DNA of 64,000 nucleotides from the human T2T-CHM13v2.0 reference genome, Homo sapiens. The number at the start of each line of letters is the position of its first letter. Position 1 is the first letter of the stretch. The translations under genes were made by a program, and so were the position numbers. The stretch is from assembly GCF_009914755.1 (NCBI RefSeq), contig NC_060932.1; one strand, given 5' to 3'. A model generated the notes under the pieces. That model was not told the DNA's origin. It searched no databases and saw only the letters and a program-made list of their open reading frames with translations. Positions 1 to 16,649 of the stretch are shown here, piece after piece.

Positions 1-1175
<1,175 letters not shown>

Positions 1176-1279
1176 AAGTCAAAAAGAATTCCATGGTATG
1201 TCACTATCCAAAGACAACCTTATTAACATTTTTTTGTTTGTAAAATTTTCTGAAATCATTTTTAAAAAACTGCACTTGC

Positions 1280-3280
1280 TGCTTCCTACACGTGAACAAT
1301 AGACCCAGAAAACTTTACAGATGAGTTTTACCAAACATTCAAGGAATTGATGGCTTAACTATCTCAAAGTATAATACATAGGAAAAGGGGCAAAATTTTC
1401 CTAGTTCGTTTTATATGACTATAAATAAAAAGAACCAAACAGAAATTCTGGAGCTGAATAATACATTAAAAAAGAACCAAAGAGAGATTCTGGAGCTGGA
1501 TAATACATTAATACCTCTGGAAATGAGGTACAGAGCGTCAACAGCAGACTTGATCAAGGAGAAGAAAGAATCTGTGAATAAAAAGGCCAGTAATTTGAAG
1601 TTATCCAGAGAAGAAAAAGTAAAAAAATTAAAATAAAAAAAGTGAAGAAAGACTCCAGGATTTATGAAATGTTATCAGGTAAAATAATACATGCATAATG
1701 AAGAATTTAAGAGGAAAAGAGAGAGAGAGAGAAAGCGGCAGAAAGCTTGTTTCAAGAAAGAATGGTTGAAAACTTTCCAAAACTTAGAAAGGATGTGGAC
1801 ATCCAGACTTTTGATGTTCAGACTTCCACCAAAAGATCAACTCAAAGATGATTACACAGAGACACATTATAATCAAATTATTAAAAGTCAAAGACAAAGA
1901 GGATTCCAAAAGCAGCAAGAGAAAAGCAGGAAAATTCCATGAGGCTATCAGTGGATTTCACAGGAGAAACCTTGCTGGCCAGGAGGGGAGTGATATATTA
2001 AAAATGCTGAAAGAAAAAGACTGCCAACAAAGCTGTCCTCCAGAATTGAAGGAGAGAGAAAGACTTTCCCAGAGAAACAAAAGCTGTGGGAATTCTTCAC
2101 CATGAAACTGCCTTATAAGAAATGATAAAGGGAGTTATTCAAGTTGAAATAAAGGGATACTAATAAGTAATTTAAAATCATATGAAAATATAAAACTCAC
2201 TTTTACTCTAGTATAAAAGTTAAAATACAAAAGTATTAAAATATAGCTACAATAATTAATAAATAAACAATACAAAAAGATGTAAATTGTGATATCAATA
2301 AATCAAACGTGTGTTGGGGGAGAGAAATTAGAGGGTAAGTTTTTGTATGCAATTGAATTTAAATTGCTATTAGCTTAAAATAGATTGTTACAACTATAAG
2401 ATGTTTGATGTAAGCTTCATGGTAATCACAAAGCAAAAACCTTTAGTAGATACACAGAAGATAAAGAAAGAAATCAAAGCATACTACTACAAAATATCAT
2501 AAAGAAACATTGTAATATAGGAAAAAAGGAACTACACAACAGTCATAAAAATTAATAAATTGGCAATAGTAAGTAGCTATCTATCAATAATTACTTTAAA
2601 TATAAATGGATTAAATTCTTCAATAAAAAGACACAGAGCACCTGAATGGGTTTAAAAAACAAGATCCAAAAACATGCTGCCTAGAAAAGACTAACTTTAG
2701 CTTTAAAGACACATCTGAAAGGGAAGTGATGGAAAAAAGATATTGCATGTAAGTGGTAACCAAAAGAGAGCAGGGGTAGCTATACTTACACCAGACAAAA
2801 TGGACTTGAAGTAAAAATCTGTCACAACAGAAAAAAAGGTCGTTATATAATGATAAAGGGGTCAATTAACCATGAAGATATAACTGTAAGTGCACCCAAC
2901 ACTACAGCACCCAAATATATGAAGCAAATATTACCAAAACTGAAAAGAGAAATAGAGAGCAATACAATAATAGTAGTGAACTTCAGTACCCCACTGTCAA
3001 GAATGGATAGATCATACAGATGAAAAATCAATAAAGAAATACCAGACTTGAATTATACTACATACCAAATGCTAACAGACGTACAGAATATTTCATCCAA
3101 CAGCAGCATAATATATGTTTTTCTCAATTGTAGGTGGAACATTCTCCAGGATAGATCATATACTGGACCACAGACAAGTCTTAACACATTTAAGAAAATT
3201 GAAATCATATCAAGTCATTTTTTGACCACAATTATTGTCAATTATTACCTCAATAGTGCTGGAAAAAAAGTGTACATCTA
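1280..3280 (+). mobile_element. Degenerate L1M: ORF1 remnant, spacer and ORF2 endonuclease N-terminus
   Basis: ORF1-like peptides (KNQTEILEL, RHIIIKLLKVKDKE). ORF2 start-like 'tcaataattactttaaatataaatggattaaattc' (SIITLNxNGLNS) near 2585. EN peptide 'SLNTFKKIEIISS'. Confidence 0.85.
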
Positions 3281-3697
3281 AATCTCAGCCCCAGGGATAC
3301 TTTCTTGACTAAACATCATTGATCACCACAGGTTTACTTTGTCTCTCTTTGGCTGGATAGTACAGCCATTCTCTTCTCAGTGTAGACTTTTCACCACCTT
3401 CCCCATGACATAGACTGAGCATTTTCTGGCTCTTTGCACCTTACACTTTCTCACCTTACAAATCCATGTATTTGTGGGCACATGCACCATATGCCCACAT
3501 GCCTATGCCAATATGCGAGCATTGTTAGACAGAATCGGCTTGATGACACTGAGATTCTGGGAAAATGCAGCTTCTATAGGTAATGAGCATATATATCTAG
3601 TCACATTTAAAAAAATAGAATTTATTTTGAGTTAATTGTAGATTCATATATGGTTGTAAGAAATAATACAGACAGATTTAGTGTAACCTTTACCATA

Positions 3698-4427
<730 letters not shown>

Positions 4428-5214
4428 CCAGGTTTCATCCAATGGCAACATCTTGCAAAACTACGGTACAATATCACAACCAGGATATTGACAACGATAC
4501 AGTCAAGATACAGAATAGTTCCATCCTGGCAAGGAGCTCTCAAATTGTCCTTTTATAGCCATACCCACTTCCCTTCTGCCCCACCCGATCTTCACTCCTG
4601 GAAATCACTAATCTGTTCTCTATTTCTATAATTTTGTCATTTCAAGAATGTTATGTAAATAGAGTCATACAGTATGCAATCATTTTGGGATTGGCTTTTT
4701 CCACTTAGCATTATTCTCTGGTACTTCATCTAGAGAATGTTGCACATATCAATAGCTTGCTATTTTTTATTGCTAAGTAGGGGTGTATTACCATTTGCTT
4801 AACCCTTCATTCACTGATGAATATCTGGATTGTTTCCAGTTTGGGGCTATTACAAATAAAGCTGCTGTAAAAACTCCTGTACAGGTTTTTTGTGTGACCA
4901 TAAATTTTCATCTCTCTAGAATATGTGGCCAGAAGAACAACTACTGGGTTGAATGGTAATTGCATGTTCATATTTTTAAGAATTTGTGAAAGTCTTTCCA
5001 AAGTATGGTATCGTGGTTGAGAGAGAAAACTGTGGAGCCAAACCAAGAGATATCCACCACTTTTGAGTTGTATGTGTCTTGATATGAGAGCAAATCTCTC
5101 CAAGACTCAGCTTCTTTGTCTATAAAGCTATGCCTACTTCATAAAATGTTTTGTTAAATTGTCTGAGGGCTAAAAGGGATTATACAAACAAGTTCTTAGC
5201 ATGCAACTACCCAG

Positions 5215-5331
5215 AACTTGAAATGTGGCCAGGATCATTGAGGAAGTGAAGCTTTTCATTTACTCAATTTTAAGTCACTTAAATTAAAATAGCCATACAT
5301 GGCTAGTGGCTACTATATCAGACAGCACAGA
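5215..5331. mobile_element. MER3/MER33-like hAT-Charlie fragment inside MIR sequence
   Basis: 'ttgaaatgtggcc...aatagccatacatggctagtggctactatatcagacagcacag'. Confidence 0.65.
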
Positions 5332-5488
5332 TTTACATTCTTACAAAATGAAGATTACAATAATCCTCACAAGGTTGATGCAGAATGAAGAAAAATGCAA
5401 AAGAAAACTGCATGAAAGACATTGTAGTATACAACCTAAGGTGCTATTTATAGACAATAACTTACTCAAGGATGGTTTAGATACAGGC

Positions 5489-5893
5489 TGTATTAGTCTG
5501 TTCTCACATTGCTACAAAGGAATGCCTGAGACTGGGTAATTTATAAAGAAAAGAAGTTTAACTGGCTCATGGTTCTGCAGGCCATGCAGGAAGCATGGTG
5601 ACTTCCGCTTCTGGGGAGATCTCAGGAAACTTACAATCGTGGTGGAAGGTGAAGGGGAAGGAGGCACATAGCTGGAGCAGAAGCAAGAAAGTGGTGGGAG
5701 GAGGTGCCACACACTTTTAATAAACAAATCTCATGACAGCTCACTATCATGATGACAGCACCAAGGGAAGATGGTGTCAAACTATGAGAAACCACCCTTT
5801 GAGTCAGTCACCTCCCACCAGGCCCCACTTCCAGCATTAGGGATTACAATTTGACATGAGATTTGGGTGGGGACACAGATCCAAACCATATCA
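5489..5893 (-). mobile_element. MSTA-like solo LTR (MaLR)
   Basis: TG...CA ends ('tgtattagtctg'...'ccaaaccatatca') with a perfect 5-bp TSD CAGGC at 5484-5488 and 5894-5898. Confidence 0.92.
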
Positions 5894-8800
5894 CAGGCCA
5901 AGAAAGTTTTTCTCTCCTTTCCAACTGTGAACTGTAATTTTTTGTTATAGGCATTAACAGAAGAACAAACACCAGCAAGAAATGAACAAAAAATGGGGGA
6001 GGGCAGTGTCATGAAGCAAAATATGTGGCTAGCCTTTCTGCAAAGTGTGCTCTTGTCTGTGACACATGCTTCTTTGGCCACATGGTATAGTGTCTGCCTT
6101 CCACACTGTCACGTGCTGGGGGCTGGGCATGGGCGGTGACTTCCATCTGCTTCCTCATGGAGCACAGCCTCACAGAATTCATCATCAAGATAGGTCATGA
6201 ATGGGAATGCACACCAGTGTAATATCTTTGTCCCTGGTGAGCCGTATCTCTGATACCTTCTAAAATGTTAGCTAGAGAAAGCAGAGGTGTTTCATTGACA
6301 GGTAATTATTGTTCTCTCATAAAAACTGAATTCTATGAAGAACAAAACCTTTCCTCCATCTTGGAAGTTGGGACAAATGCACTGGTTCGGGGAGCGCTGG
6401 GCTAAGGATCAGGCTGCTTGGGCTATCAACATATTTGTGTCACCACCTATCTAAGTGGCACCAGGAAGCCCACCTTCCTTTTTCCTATAAGACAGAGGAT
6501 CAGGACTAGTTGGCCTAGGACCCCTACCAGGACCATCATTTCATCACTCATACTTGACACCTCATATTCTTGCAACTTCAAGGGCACAACCACTCTCTGA
6601 TGTGTGTTATAATTATAGTTGTCAAGGTGAAGAACCCGAGGTACCATAAGACTATGGCTTGGTCAAAACCCCACAATATAGTAAGACAGCGGCAGAATTG
6701 GAAATGAAATCTTCATACTCCAAGCCTTTCTTTGGGTCTTTGTTCCACGCTATGTTACTCTGGGCTCATTTAGAAGAAAGTATTGCCCTGGGCTGGAAAA
6801 TGGAGTGCCCAATGAATAGAGCTGCTTCTTTCTCCTCCCCCTGCCTCTTCTTGCTCAGCCCCCACACCTGCTGTACTGGCCACTGTCTGGATGTAGTAGG
6901 AGAGAGAAGAAAAGCAGAACAAAATAGGTAGGGGGCAAGGAAAGAGAAAGGTATTAGAAAGGTAATAGAAAGGATATATAATATTTTTCCATCTGTTCAG
7001 AAAGAAAGGCACTTAGAACTTCAGAAGAGCCAGCATTTTTACAGAATCACGAACAGTTTAAGCAAGCAAGGACAGAGAAGTGAAGTGACTCATCCTGGGT
7101 AACACGGGTCTATCTAGTAAGCAAAAACTAATAAAGGATGGCAAAGCATAGGAATTAAGGCCAACTAGAGTCTCCGTGTCAGCCCTGTTGCATGCCCGCC
7201 GGGAAGCCACGGTCAAGGCAGCCTCCTTCAAACTTCGTTTTTTGCATCTCTGAAAGGAGGCCATGATACCAACATTGTAAGGTTATTGTGAGGATCGAAC
7301 AAGGTAATGCCTGTCACACAGCTGACCAAAATTTAAGAGCTTAATAGAAGAGAAAATTGATGAGTTTGGGCTAGAACCCAGATATTCCTGTTCAATCGAG
7401 TGCTCTTCCCAGTAGAACACGCTGCCCCTCCCCCTTCCTCCCTTTTTGCTCAATGCCAGCATGCTCCCTTAAGCTCTCTAATTAGCTAAATAAAGAGTGC
7501 AGACAGGGCCTATGTTAAAAAATGCTTTCTGAGCCAAGTGAAATCCCTAGGGAAGTGAAAAGAAAAGAAAAAACACACACATGGCCAATTACCATAGCAT
7601 CATTTCATTTCCTCAGAGTGACTAATACCCAGAGACAGTCACTTAAACACTAATTGCAGGAGAACAGGTAGAAATCATGTTAAATGAGCCCATCTTTATT
7701 CCTGGAAGAAAAGACAGCAAGACTCTCCAATGCATGAGTATGTCTGCCTCTTAATCATCTGCAGAAAGAGAAGGCAGCTTCCTTCTCTGATTGAACATTG
7801 GATTTTGATGGCATCGTAGTTCTTCTTGAACTAGCCGGCAGATCTGCAGTGTGGAATTGGAGTTACCAGTGGAGCAACATGCCAGCTTCCTTCTGACAGC
7901 GTTTGGTTGTTCAGAATTCAAGCATGGCATAAAACAATGCCTGCATGCTCCAGAGAGACCCCCAGCCCCCACATGTCCCACCCTGAGCTTGCTAGGCCTT
8001 CCAGGGCCTCGGTCCCCACATCTGTGTTGGGAGAGAGGAGACAGTTCCTTCTTTAGGGAATGGGGGTCATAGAGATATCTTCACTCTCTAGCTTGTTTTC
8101 TTCTTTCTGATTGTAGCTCAGCTCCTTTTCTTTTCTTCTCTCTTCTTCCTGCCTTTAACCATTCTTCCATGAAACACTCAAGTGGGAGAGTTTGGTTGTT
8201 TGACAAAAAATGGGGAGGGTGGGTAGGGAGGAAGATGGAGTTTCTTTGTTTTCTAATTCCGCCCTACTTCGTTTCCTATAAGGGGACCAGGAACACTTTT
8301 CACTGGTCATCGTGGGGCTTCTCATCCCCTAAAGGCCATATTACCCCAACTTCTAGTTGTCAGCTATCCTTGTCAAAATTTCCTAATTTTGATACTTATA
8401 TCCCACTTATTCACTAATCCCAGATCAAGCTTCACTTCCTCCAAAAAGTCTTTTTCAACTATGTCAGCCTTCACAGAGCAACTGTCATTCTTTAGGAAAA
8501 ATCAAAATTTAGCTTGTAATGATATATGAATTGCGCATGCACGCTAATTTATACTCTCCCTCCTGATTTAACAATCCTTAAGGAACAGTCTCCCTTGTAT
8601 CCTGCGGGCATTCTGGTTCGATACTAGGCACAGTGTTGATTGCCTGTTTGATACCTGCTTAAAACAGAAAATCGACTTCCAAGTTCTGCGCACTGGTGTT
8701 TGCATGAGGACATGAGCCCCATTCCTTGAATTCCTACAATGTCCCAAGTGCTGAGCTGGGCACTGGCCATGCCAAAAACACATAAACACATTCTGTCCAG

Positions 8801-9784
8801 AGAGTGCTTACCTCTTCTTCCTGAGAAGATGGCCAGCTCACTTACACAATGAGTTCATTTTCGTCATGGAGATCATGAACAGAGGGTGCATTCCAGCTGA
8901 GCTAGTACTTCCTGCCCCTCAAAGCTCAGCTCAAAGTGAGTTTCCTTCTGTGGCCTTCCTCAGGCCATGGAACCTTAAGTTTCTTCATTTTTTTCCCTAA
9001 GACAATGAAAAGAAGAATGCTACAGTAATTAATGAAAGTCTCATGAGTGATCTCTTGCATCTATTTCCAGTGGATAGTTGGGTGTTTCTGACTGGCAAAC
9101 AATTCTCCTGCAGACCAAATTCAGGGACCCAGGCTCCTTCCACTTGTGGCTCTGCCACCTGCAAAGGCCTTGGAGTGACCTGCATCCAGAGGGCAATGGC
9201 AGGGTCACATTATGACTTTTATGGCTCCAGTGACTCTTGCCTTCATGGGCTCCTTCTTCCATGCAAAAAATTAAAAATTATATTTTATAACTCTATTGGT
9301 ATAAAGATGACTACATTGTATATAAATATATTTTTTTGGCCAAAAAGTCTATTTTGTTATCTTGATTTTAAAGAAATAGAAACATTTCCATGAGGCCTTA
9401 AAACTCTTGTGGACCTGTGCTCATCTTTGTCTGTGCTTACCTCCCAGTCTGACCCCTGCGGTGCTCATCGACCCTATGCCCTTGGATCCAGCATGTGCCA
9501 CCTTGCTTTGCCTTCTTGGCATGTTCCTGTTAGCCTCCCCAGACAGACAGCAAGATCTTGGGTCTTTTGCTAGCTCCCTAGCACATTACACCAAGCCTTG
9601 CCTAGGGCGAGGGTCTCCCAGTCTGATTCCTGAATTTGACCAGTAGGAGAGCTATCTGCCAACCAGAAACACCGAGTTCCCAACTGGAAATAGATTCAAG
9701 AGATAATCTCATAAGACCTCAGTCAATTACTATAGCATTCTTCATTTCACTATCTTAGGAAAAATGAAAAAACTTACAGTTACA

Positions 9785-9992
9785 CAGTCTGAGGGAGGAC
9801 ACAGCTATGTATGATTGTGCCCGTTCTGCAAATCACTAACCCTCAGTTTCCTCATCTGTAAAATGGAGGGCAAGAACTGAATCTCCCTCATGGTACTGCG
9901 TGAAGAAGAAATTAGATGATTCATGCAATGTGCTTAAAATAGTATCTGGCATGTTGTAAGCACTAAATAAAGGTTAACCTTTTTATTATTAT
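9785..9992 (+). mobile_element. MIR
   Basis: MIR core 'cctcagtttcctcatctgtaaaatggagg' and 'aatgtgcttaaaatagtatctggcatgttgtaagcactaaataa'. Confidence 0.8.
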
Positions 9993-10213
9993 GACAATAC
10001 AACAATGATTCATATTTATGAAATACTTGCGTTTTTCTAAAAACTGCCACAAGATGATAACATAGCTATAATCATAATGTCTCATTGCAGCCAAAACTTG
10101 TTTATGGGAAATGTTGAGGTTGAATGGAAATGTTAAAGACAGATGTGGATTTAAATCTCAGCTTTGCCACTTGCCAGCTTAGTGACATGTGATACTTACT
10201 TAATTTCTCTGAG

Positions 10214-11017
<804 letters not shown>

Positions 11018-14000
11018 TTTCTTATTTGTAAAATCAGATAATAATACCACTTACTTCACAAGTATTAAGAAACTGTTCTTGGAGTGCTTGACACCAGTCT
11101 GCCTTTTCTTTTTTTTCTTTTGTCGAGAATAAAGATGACTGTCTAAACAAATACCTCCTACTCATCCATGGTTACGAAAGCTTCAAGTCCTCATTAGAGA
11201 CAAACTTTGGTGTTAGGCTCAAGAATGCTAGCTCCCTTCCCTTTTCCCTATCCCTGTTAAAATAAAAAACACTACACACCTAGAAGGATAATACATGAGT
11301 CCTTCCTCAGTCATTAACACCTTAACCTAAATGTGCTTCTTGTCTCCAGAGAGCAAGCTCTATCAGCTGGGGAAAGAAGGGAGGGTTTAAGAATGTAGGG
11401 CAGAGGCACAGGTCTGTGATGCCGAGGACTGATTTTGTTTCTGTTAATTTTATTTTTCTGTGATACTGGCATTCGCATAATATGACAACATTTTCTGGAT
11501 TTTAGAGGATCACATTCTCTGTCGAACTCTCCTTGATTAAATGAAGTCACAGGGTGAATATTTCAATTATTTCAAGCCTTTGTGGTCAGTGATCTAGTAT
11601 TCAATTGACCTGAACACTGAAAACAATCATCATGCCTATGGCTATTTGCTAGGGACACGTGATAACCACATGCAGGAATTCTGGGTAAGAGCCCAGGACC
11701 TCATTCCAACCCTGCCTTTCCCAAATACCTGCCCTGTGAGCCAAATCGCTTAATCTTAGGATTCTTTTGTTTCTTCTTTATAATTTTAAAAAGCACAGTA
11801 CCTGCTTTATAAGGTTTTATGCATGAGATGGTGCCCATCAAGTGTATAGTGGCTGGTGTGTGATAATTTTGTAAAAGCGTCACATGGCAGTACATCAGAG
11901 CCACATGACATACATGACTGCTGGGAGCTGGGAAACACACTAGGAGCAGTGGTGCCTTCCAGTTGTCACCAGAGCAGGCACTGAACCTCCACTCACAATG
12001 CTCGGGAGACTCACCTAATGCCAAAGCCAGGGTCTAGATAAATCCTGCTTGACACAAGACCATATAAAGAGAGAGAGAAATATAGGCTGACAAAAAGTGG
12101 CTACAAAGCAAGGCAAATTCAAGTGGCTACTGGTGGCGTGTATAAAACAGAACTGCCCTGGGAAAGGAACAATCAAAAAACAAGATGGTGCCTGGGGAAC
12201 TTTCTCAAAAGTGAGGAAACAATAAGCTATGTGTGCTCCTTAAAGCAAAGATATGGCAAAGATCCCAATCCATCTCATATTTTTAATAAATATGTCATTC
12301 TAATAGAATTTTCCTTGGTACTTAAAATTAGATTATAAATTTTACCCTTAGGAAAAAATATAGTTAGGAAAAAGAAGGATGATTGAATGAATGACGAAAG
12401 GAAAAATAACAAGTGAATAGTCGGTAATATGATAATATGATAACATGCTTAATCACCTCTCAAAGAAATACAGCTCCAAGTTACATAATCCTGGATTCCA
12501 CATCTGGAAACAAGGAGCACTCCCTGTATTTGGAGTTTATTATAAATATAGGCAGAAAGGCTGCAATGGAATTCAGAAGGACAACCCAGTAGAAAATTGA
12601 AACCTGGAAAAAAAAATCAGCAATTCCATAACACATCACTTATAGACAGCCCCACGCTGCCCCTGGTAAGTTTTTGCAGAAGAACATGAAAATCCTTAGC
12701 TAAGGTACAAACAAGCCAAGTAGAGGTCAACACATTTGGGAAATAGTGGCTCCACACTCCTAAATGTCAAGGGTGTGTGTCTGGGGGGTGGGGGTGGGTG
12801 GGGAAGGATTGTGGTATTTCAGGGAGAAGGAATGTCGGATGTTTGAAGACAGCACTAAGTGTATATTAGAGTGAGCACTGTCCTGGGCCTCTAATGGACT
12901 CCATTCTGAGATCTGTGTCAGAACTGTCAATAACCCAGCCTAGCCCAAAACTGTTAATGTATCACCTCCCACCCAGAGCTGACCCTGCTTCTCAGATTGC
13001 TTCCAGGCAGGTCCCCTGCAGAGAAAGCCGAAGGATGGGTAGACACACAGGACTGGTATTGGAAGAGATGCTTCATGGTTTATTTCTTCTGCACCTGCCC
13101 TCAAAGCTTGAAGGCAGCTCTTGAAACCCTTATTTCCAAGAAAGGGGAGGAACTTGGCTGTGGTATTATGATGCTCCCTAAGATCTTGCAGTCTGAAAGC
13201 TGGCTTGGAGCCTTGTTTTCTTCTGCCATCTCCAGAATCCCAAATGTACTAATCAAGACTCCCTTGTTCGTTCTAGGATAACACATGACTGGACCACAGG
13301 GAAATAAATGGCCATGAAAAGATGACACCCTGAAGCCAGACAATATTCTCCTAACAAAGAAAGGGGAAGAGTTAACAGAGGGTTAAACCAAAGACGGTTT
13401 GGCTAGAGAGACAGCATAGTTGAACCTTCTCATCAGTTGTGGCTGTAACAAGAATTTGCAAAGATGAAGGTTTATTTAAGGAATTAACCAAGAAATAAGC
13501 TGTTCTACCCACAGTCATCACAGCTGCCAAAACTCAAATTATTTTCTTACCCTGAGATGATCCTAGGGGAAAGCATGATTCAAGTTCTACCAGAGTGTCA
13601 ACTACTCCCTCTGGGCTTGTGTTAACTCTTTTGGAATATTAAAATTGTTTCTGTAGCCTGCCAGAACAAAGCTGGGTTGTTGCAGTAGCCTCCCAGATGA
13701 GGTTAGGGTCATTGCGGGCGGGAGGGAGTCTTTCTCACCTTTTTTCTTTTTATCTTATATACACAAAGTTAAATGACTGGATGAAAGCCCCAGATACTGG
13801 TCTGTAGAAGTGTCTTTGTTCTCATGGATGCACTGTTACTTCCTGGACTTTGGGGGACTGAGGTCTTTTATAGTTAAAGAAATATACTTAGGAGATTGGC
13901 CTGGTTGGGGCTCTGCCATCACAGTCTCTGGAGCTGTAACCTAATCACATATCCTTGGCAGCAAAGGCAAGATCCCCTGCTGACTTGTCAAACTCTCATA

Positions 14001-14190
14001 TGGATGTTAAGAAGATTAAGATAATAGCATGCCTAACATAGCTAATAAGAGAGATTTAAAACAATTGGCAGAAACAGATTGAGTTATGAAATGCTTATTA
14101 TGGATGATTCTGTGTCACAAAAACAGCATATAAGGTCAGCTTAATTTCACACACAAGTAAGGGGAGAAGAGATGCCAATGATGACGAGGC

Positions 14191-14228
14191 AGAGAGAGAG
14201 AGAGAAGGAGAGAGAGAAAGAGAGAGAG
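14191..14228. repeat. (GA)n-rich microsatellite
   Basis: agagagagagagagaaggagagagagaaagagagagag. Confidence 0.85.
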
Positions 14229-15494
14229 CCTGCTATGCCATGGCCAGTGCTCAAGTGGGCAGACTGATACTGAGCTCTGCTGGGATTGCCCAGTACCAAC
14301 CCCCTGCCCACACCCCACCACTGATCATGGCCAGTTTGGAAAGGGTGTAGAGGTCACGGAAGTGTCAGGTCACACCCAATGTCCTAGACACTGGAGGAGG
14401 TACATCTGTGTCCAAATATCCTAAATAGATTTTCCTAAATTTGAGAATAGTCACTTCAATCTTTCTTCTTTCCAGCCTGGGTAGATCAGCCACATGCCAA
14501 TTGTCTTCTTGTTTTCTTTCCAGGACAAGAAGAACATAGTTTCACTCGCAGGGAATGAAGGACCCTTTTGGGCCTTGGGGGGAACACGCTGCATGCAGCT
14601 TCCTTTCCATCCTTGCATCTTCTTTGCTGTCTAGTGCTCCTTGTCATGGTCTCTGGGGCTGTCAGCAGCCACCGCCCCTGCGCTGTGGGCTCCCTGCCCT
14701 GTGGAGTCCTGTGCTCCAGGCTGGCTCCCACCTCTCCCTAAGAGACACCTGGGCCTGGCCGTGTGGTTTGTAGGCTGGAGTGGGGACAGAGGCCTGCTGG
14801 TCTCACCCCACATTTCTCATCCATTTAGAGGAAGGAGCCATCTGAGAATCCAGGGACGCTCCTCTGGCCCACCAGCCTTCTCTTCCCCCTCCCAATCTCC
14901 CCTTCCTTTCACAAGGGAAGGGAGGAGATTCGGTTTGCAGCGAGAAATGTTGAAGTTGGGAACGAAGTCTTTGGAGTGGATTAGCCCTTTGATCTTCAGG
15001 TGGGATCTCCAGGTGGGACGCTCATGGTGAGAACAAGCAGCAGGCTGCTCTCCTGCCTTGCTGGTGAAACCCTGTCCCAGACGCCTGAGAAAGTGACCTG
15101 GCAACATCGTTAAAATTGCAAGCACGCATTCCCTTTAAACCAGAAATCCCCCTCTTAGGAATCTCTCCCATAGAAGTAAAAGCATCTAGGTATAAAGGGA
15201 CCTCTGTAAACAATGTGCACTCTTTGCGGAGGCAAAAGTCTGGAAACTAGATAAGTATCCTTGATAGAGGAAAGGAGGAATACAATAGACTACAGACACC
15301 GTTCAGAGAAAACTTAATGAAAACACTGGCAGACACAAATCAGGTTGTGGACATGTGTTTTCTTGGGAGAAATTAAGGAAGCTGAAGATGGTGTATGGCA
15401 CAAGAGATGAAGAGGGGTTAGTCGCTCCCAACAAACAAAAAAGAAAAGAAAATGAGAAAAATGATGACACTTTAACAGTTCAAGCAGATTGTCT

Positions 15495-15865
15495 AGGGCA
15501 GGGAAGTAGACTGAGAAACAGGCTCTGGGAAGTAGACTCTGAGACGGAGGTTTGCCTGCAGGAGGATGTGCCCTCCTTGTCACACCTGTGGGGGAGGGAG
15601 GCAAGCAGGATGGGGTGGAAGGAGAAGCTGGGCTGCCATGCAGTCAGGACAAAAGCCTCAGCCCATCCCGGGGAAGGCAGCATTGCTCTGGACAGCTGCC
15701 CAGTCATTGGATGTTGGCTGCCTGCAGGAAGAAGGAGACTCTCATTTGCAGTGGGCAGCCACCAGGAGTGAGACACAGTTGGGAGCTGCCAGGCATTGGC
15801 CCTCCCAGCACCATAGGGAAGGGACACAGAAGGCACACTGCAGCGCCCATTGCACGGGTGCATGA
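15495..15865. mobile_element. Ancient ERVL-class LTR (LTR33-like)
   Basis: 'agactctgagacggaggtttgcctgcaggagg...cacctgtgggggaggg...gaagctgggctgccatgcagtc' resembles old ERVL LTRs. The family is uncertain. Confidence 0.5.
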
Positions 15866-16649
15866 TCACATGTATGTATATTAGTAAAGTTATAGATATA
15901 CGTGTGTGTGGAAATCGATAAAGGATGAGAGTAGGCAGAAGAAAAGAGGGTCTCTGATTCTCAGAGTATAAAATTTATTTCTAACACTGGTGAGTCTGAA
16001 GACTCACTGGACCCCATTCCAGTGGGAAACAGACAAGACTCTCAGCCTGGGCAGTTACAGCAGTGACACTGGCCGGATGATTTCCCTTGACCTCGCCACA
16101 TGGAAGCCATGCAACCCAGCCCCCCATCGTCTTAGCTCCTGAGAACTCTGACTGCCTTCTATTTTTGAATGGGTTGGGAATAGAACCAAGAGATAAATTT
16201 TGTCTCCCTTTTGCTTGTCAGGGTTGGGTACCTTGAATATGGGTTCAAACTGGAACCAAAAATAAAATTCAAAGTAAACACCTCAGAAGGACACCCAGCT
16301 ATCTCCATGGCAGAACTTTGCATAGGGTGCTGGAAAATTCAGGCAACTGCTCTGACCCAGCACAAACTAAGAAGCTCAGCAATGACTCAGTCACTCCTCT
16401 TGAGAGCAATTAAGCTGCTGTAAAACATGTAGGAACCTGATAAGTAGACATACAATCAGTCCCTAAATCCCACCTTCTCCTAGCACCATATTGCTAAGGC
16501 AAAGCAGAGACAATTCATTCGGCTTGCATATTTTCCTCAAGACTGTCTTTCATACTTCTCTGAATGAGATTTTGTTTCTATCAGCAAGTGTTTAAGAAAC
16601 TATGGAGAGGAAGAGGAAGCTGGCATATGGCTTCAAAATAACTTATTTC

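Noticed and set aside
9185-9410. AT-rich segment resembling an ancient DNA-transposon relic
   Set aside because: I could not assign a family or terminal repeats with confidence by eye; it needs a Dfam search.
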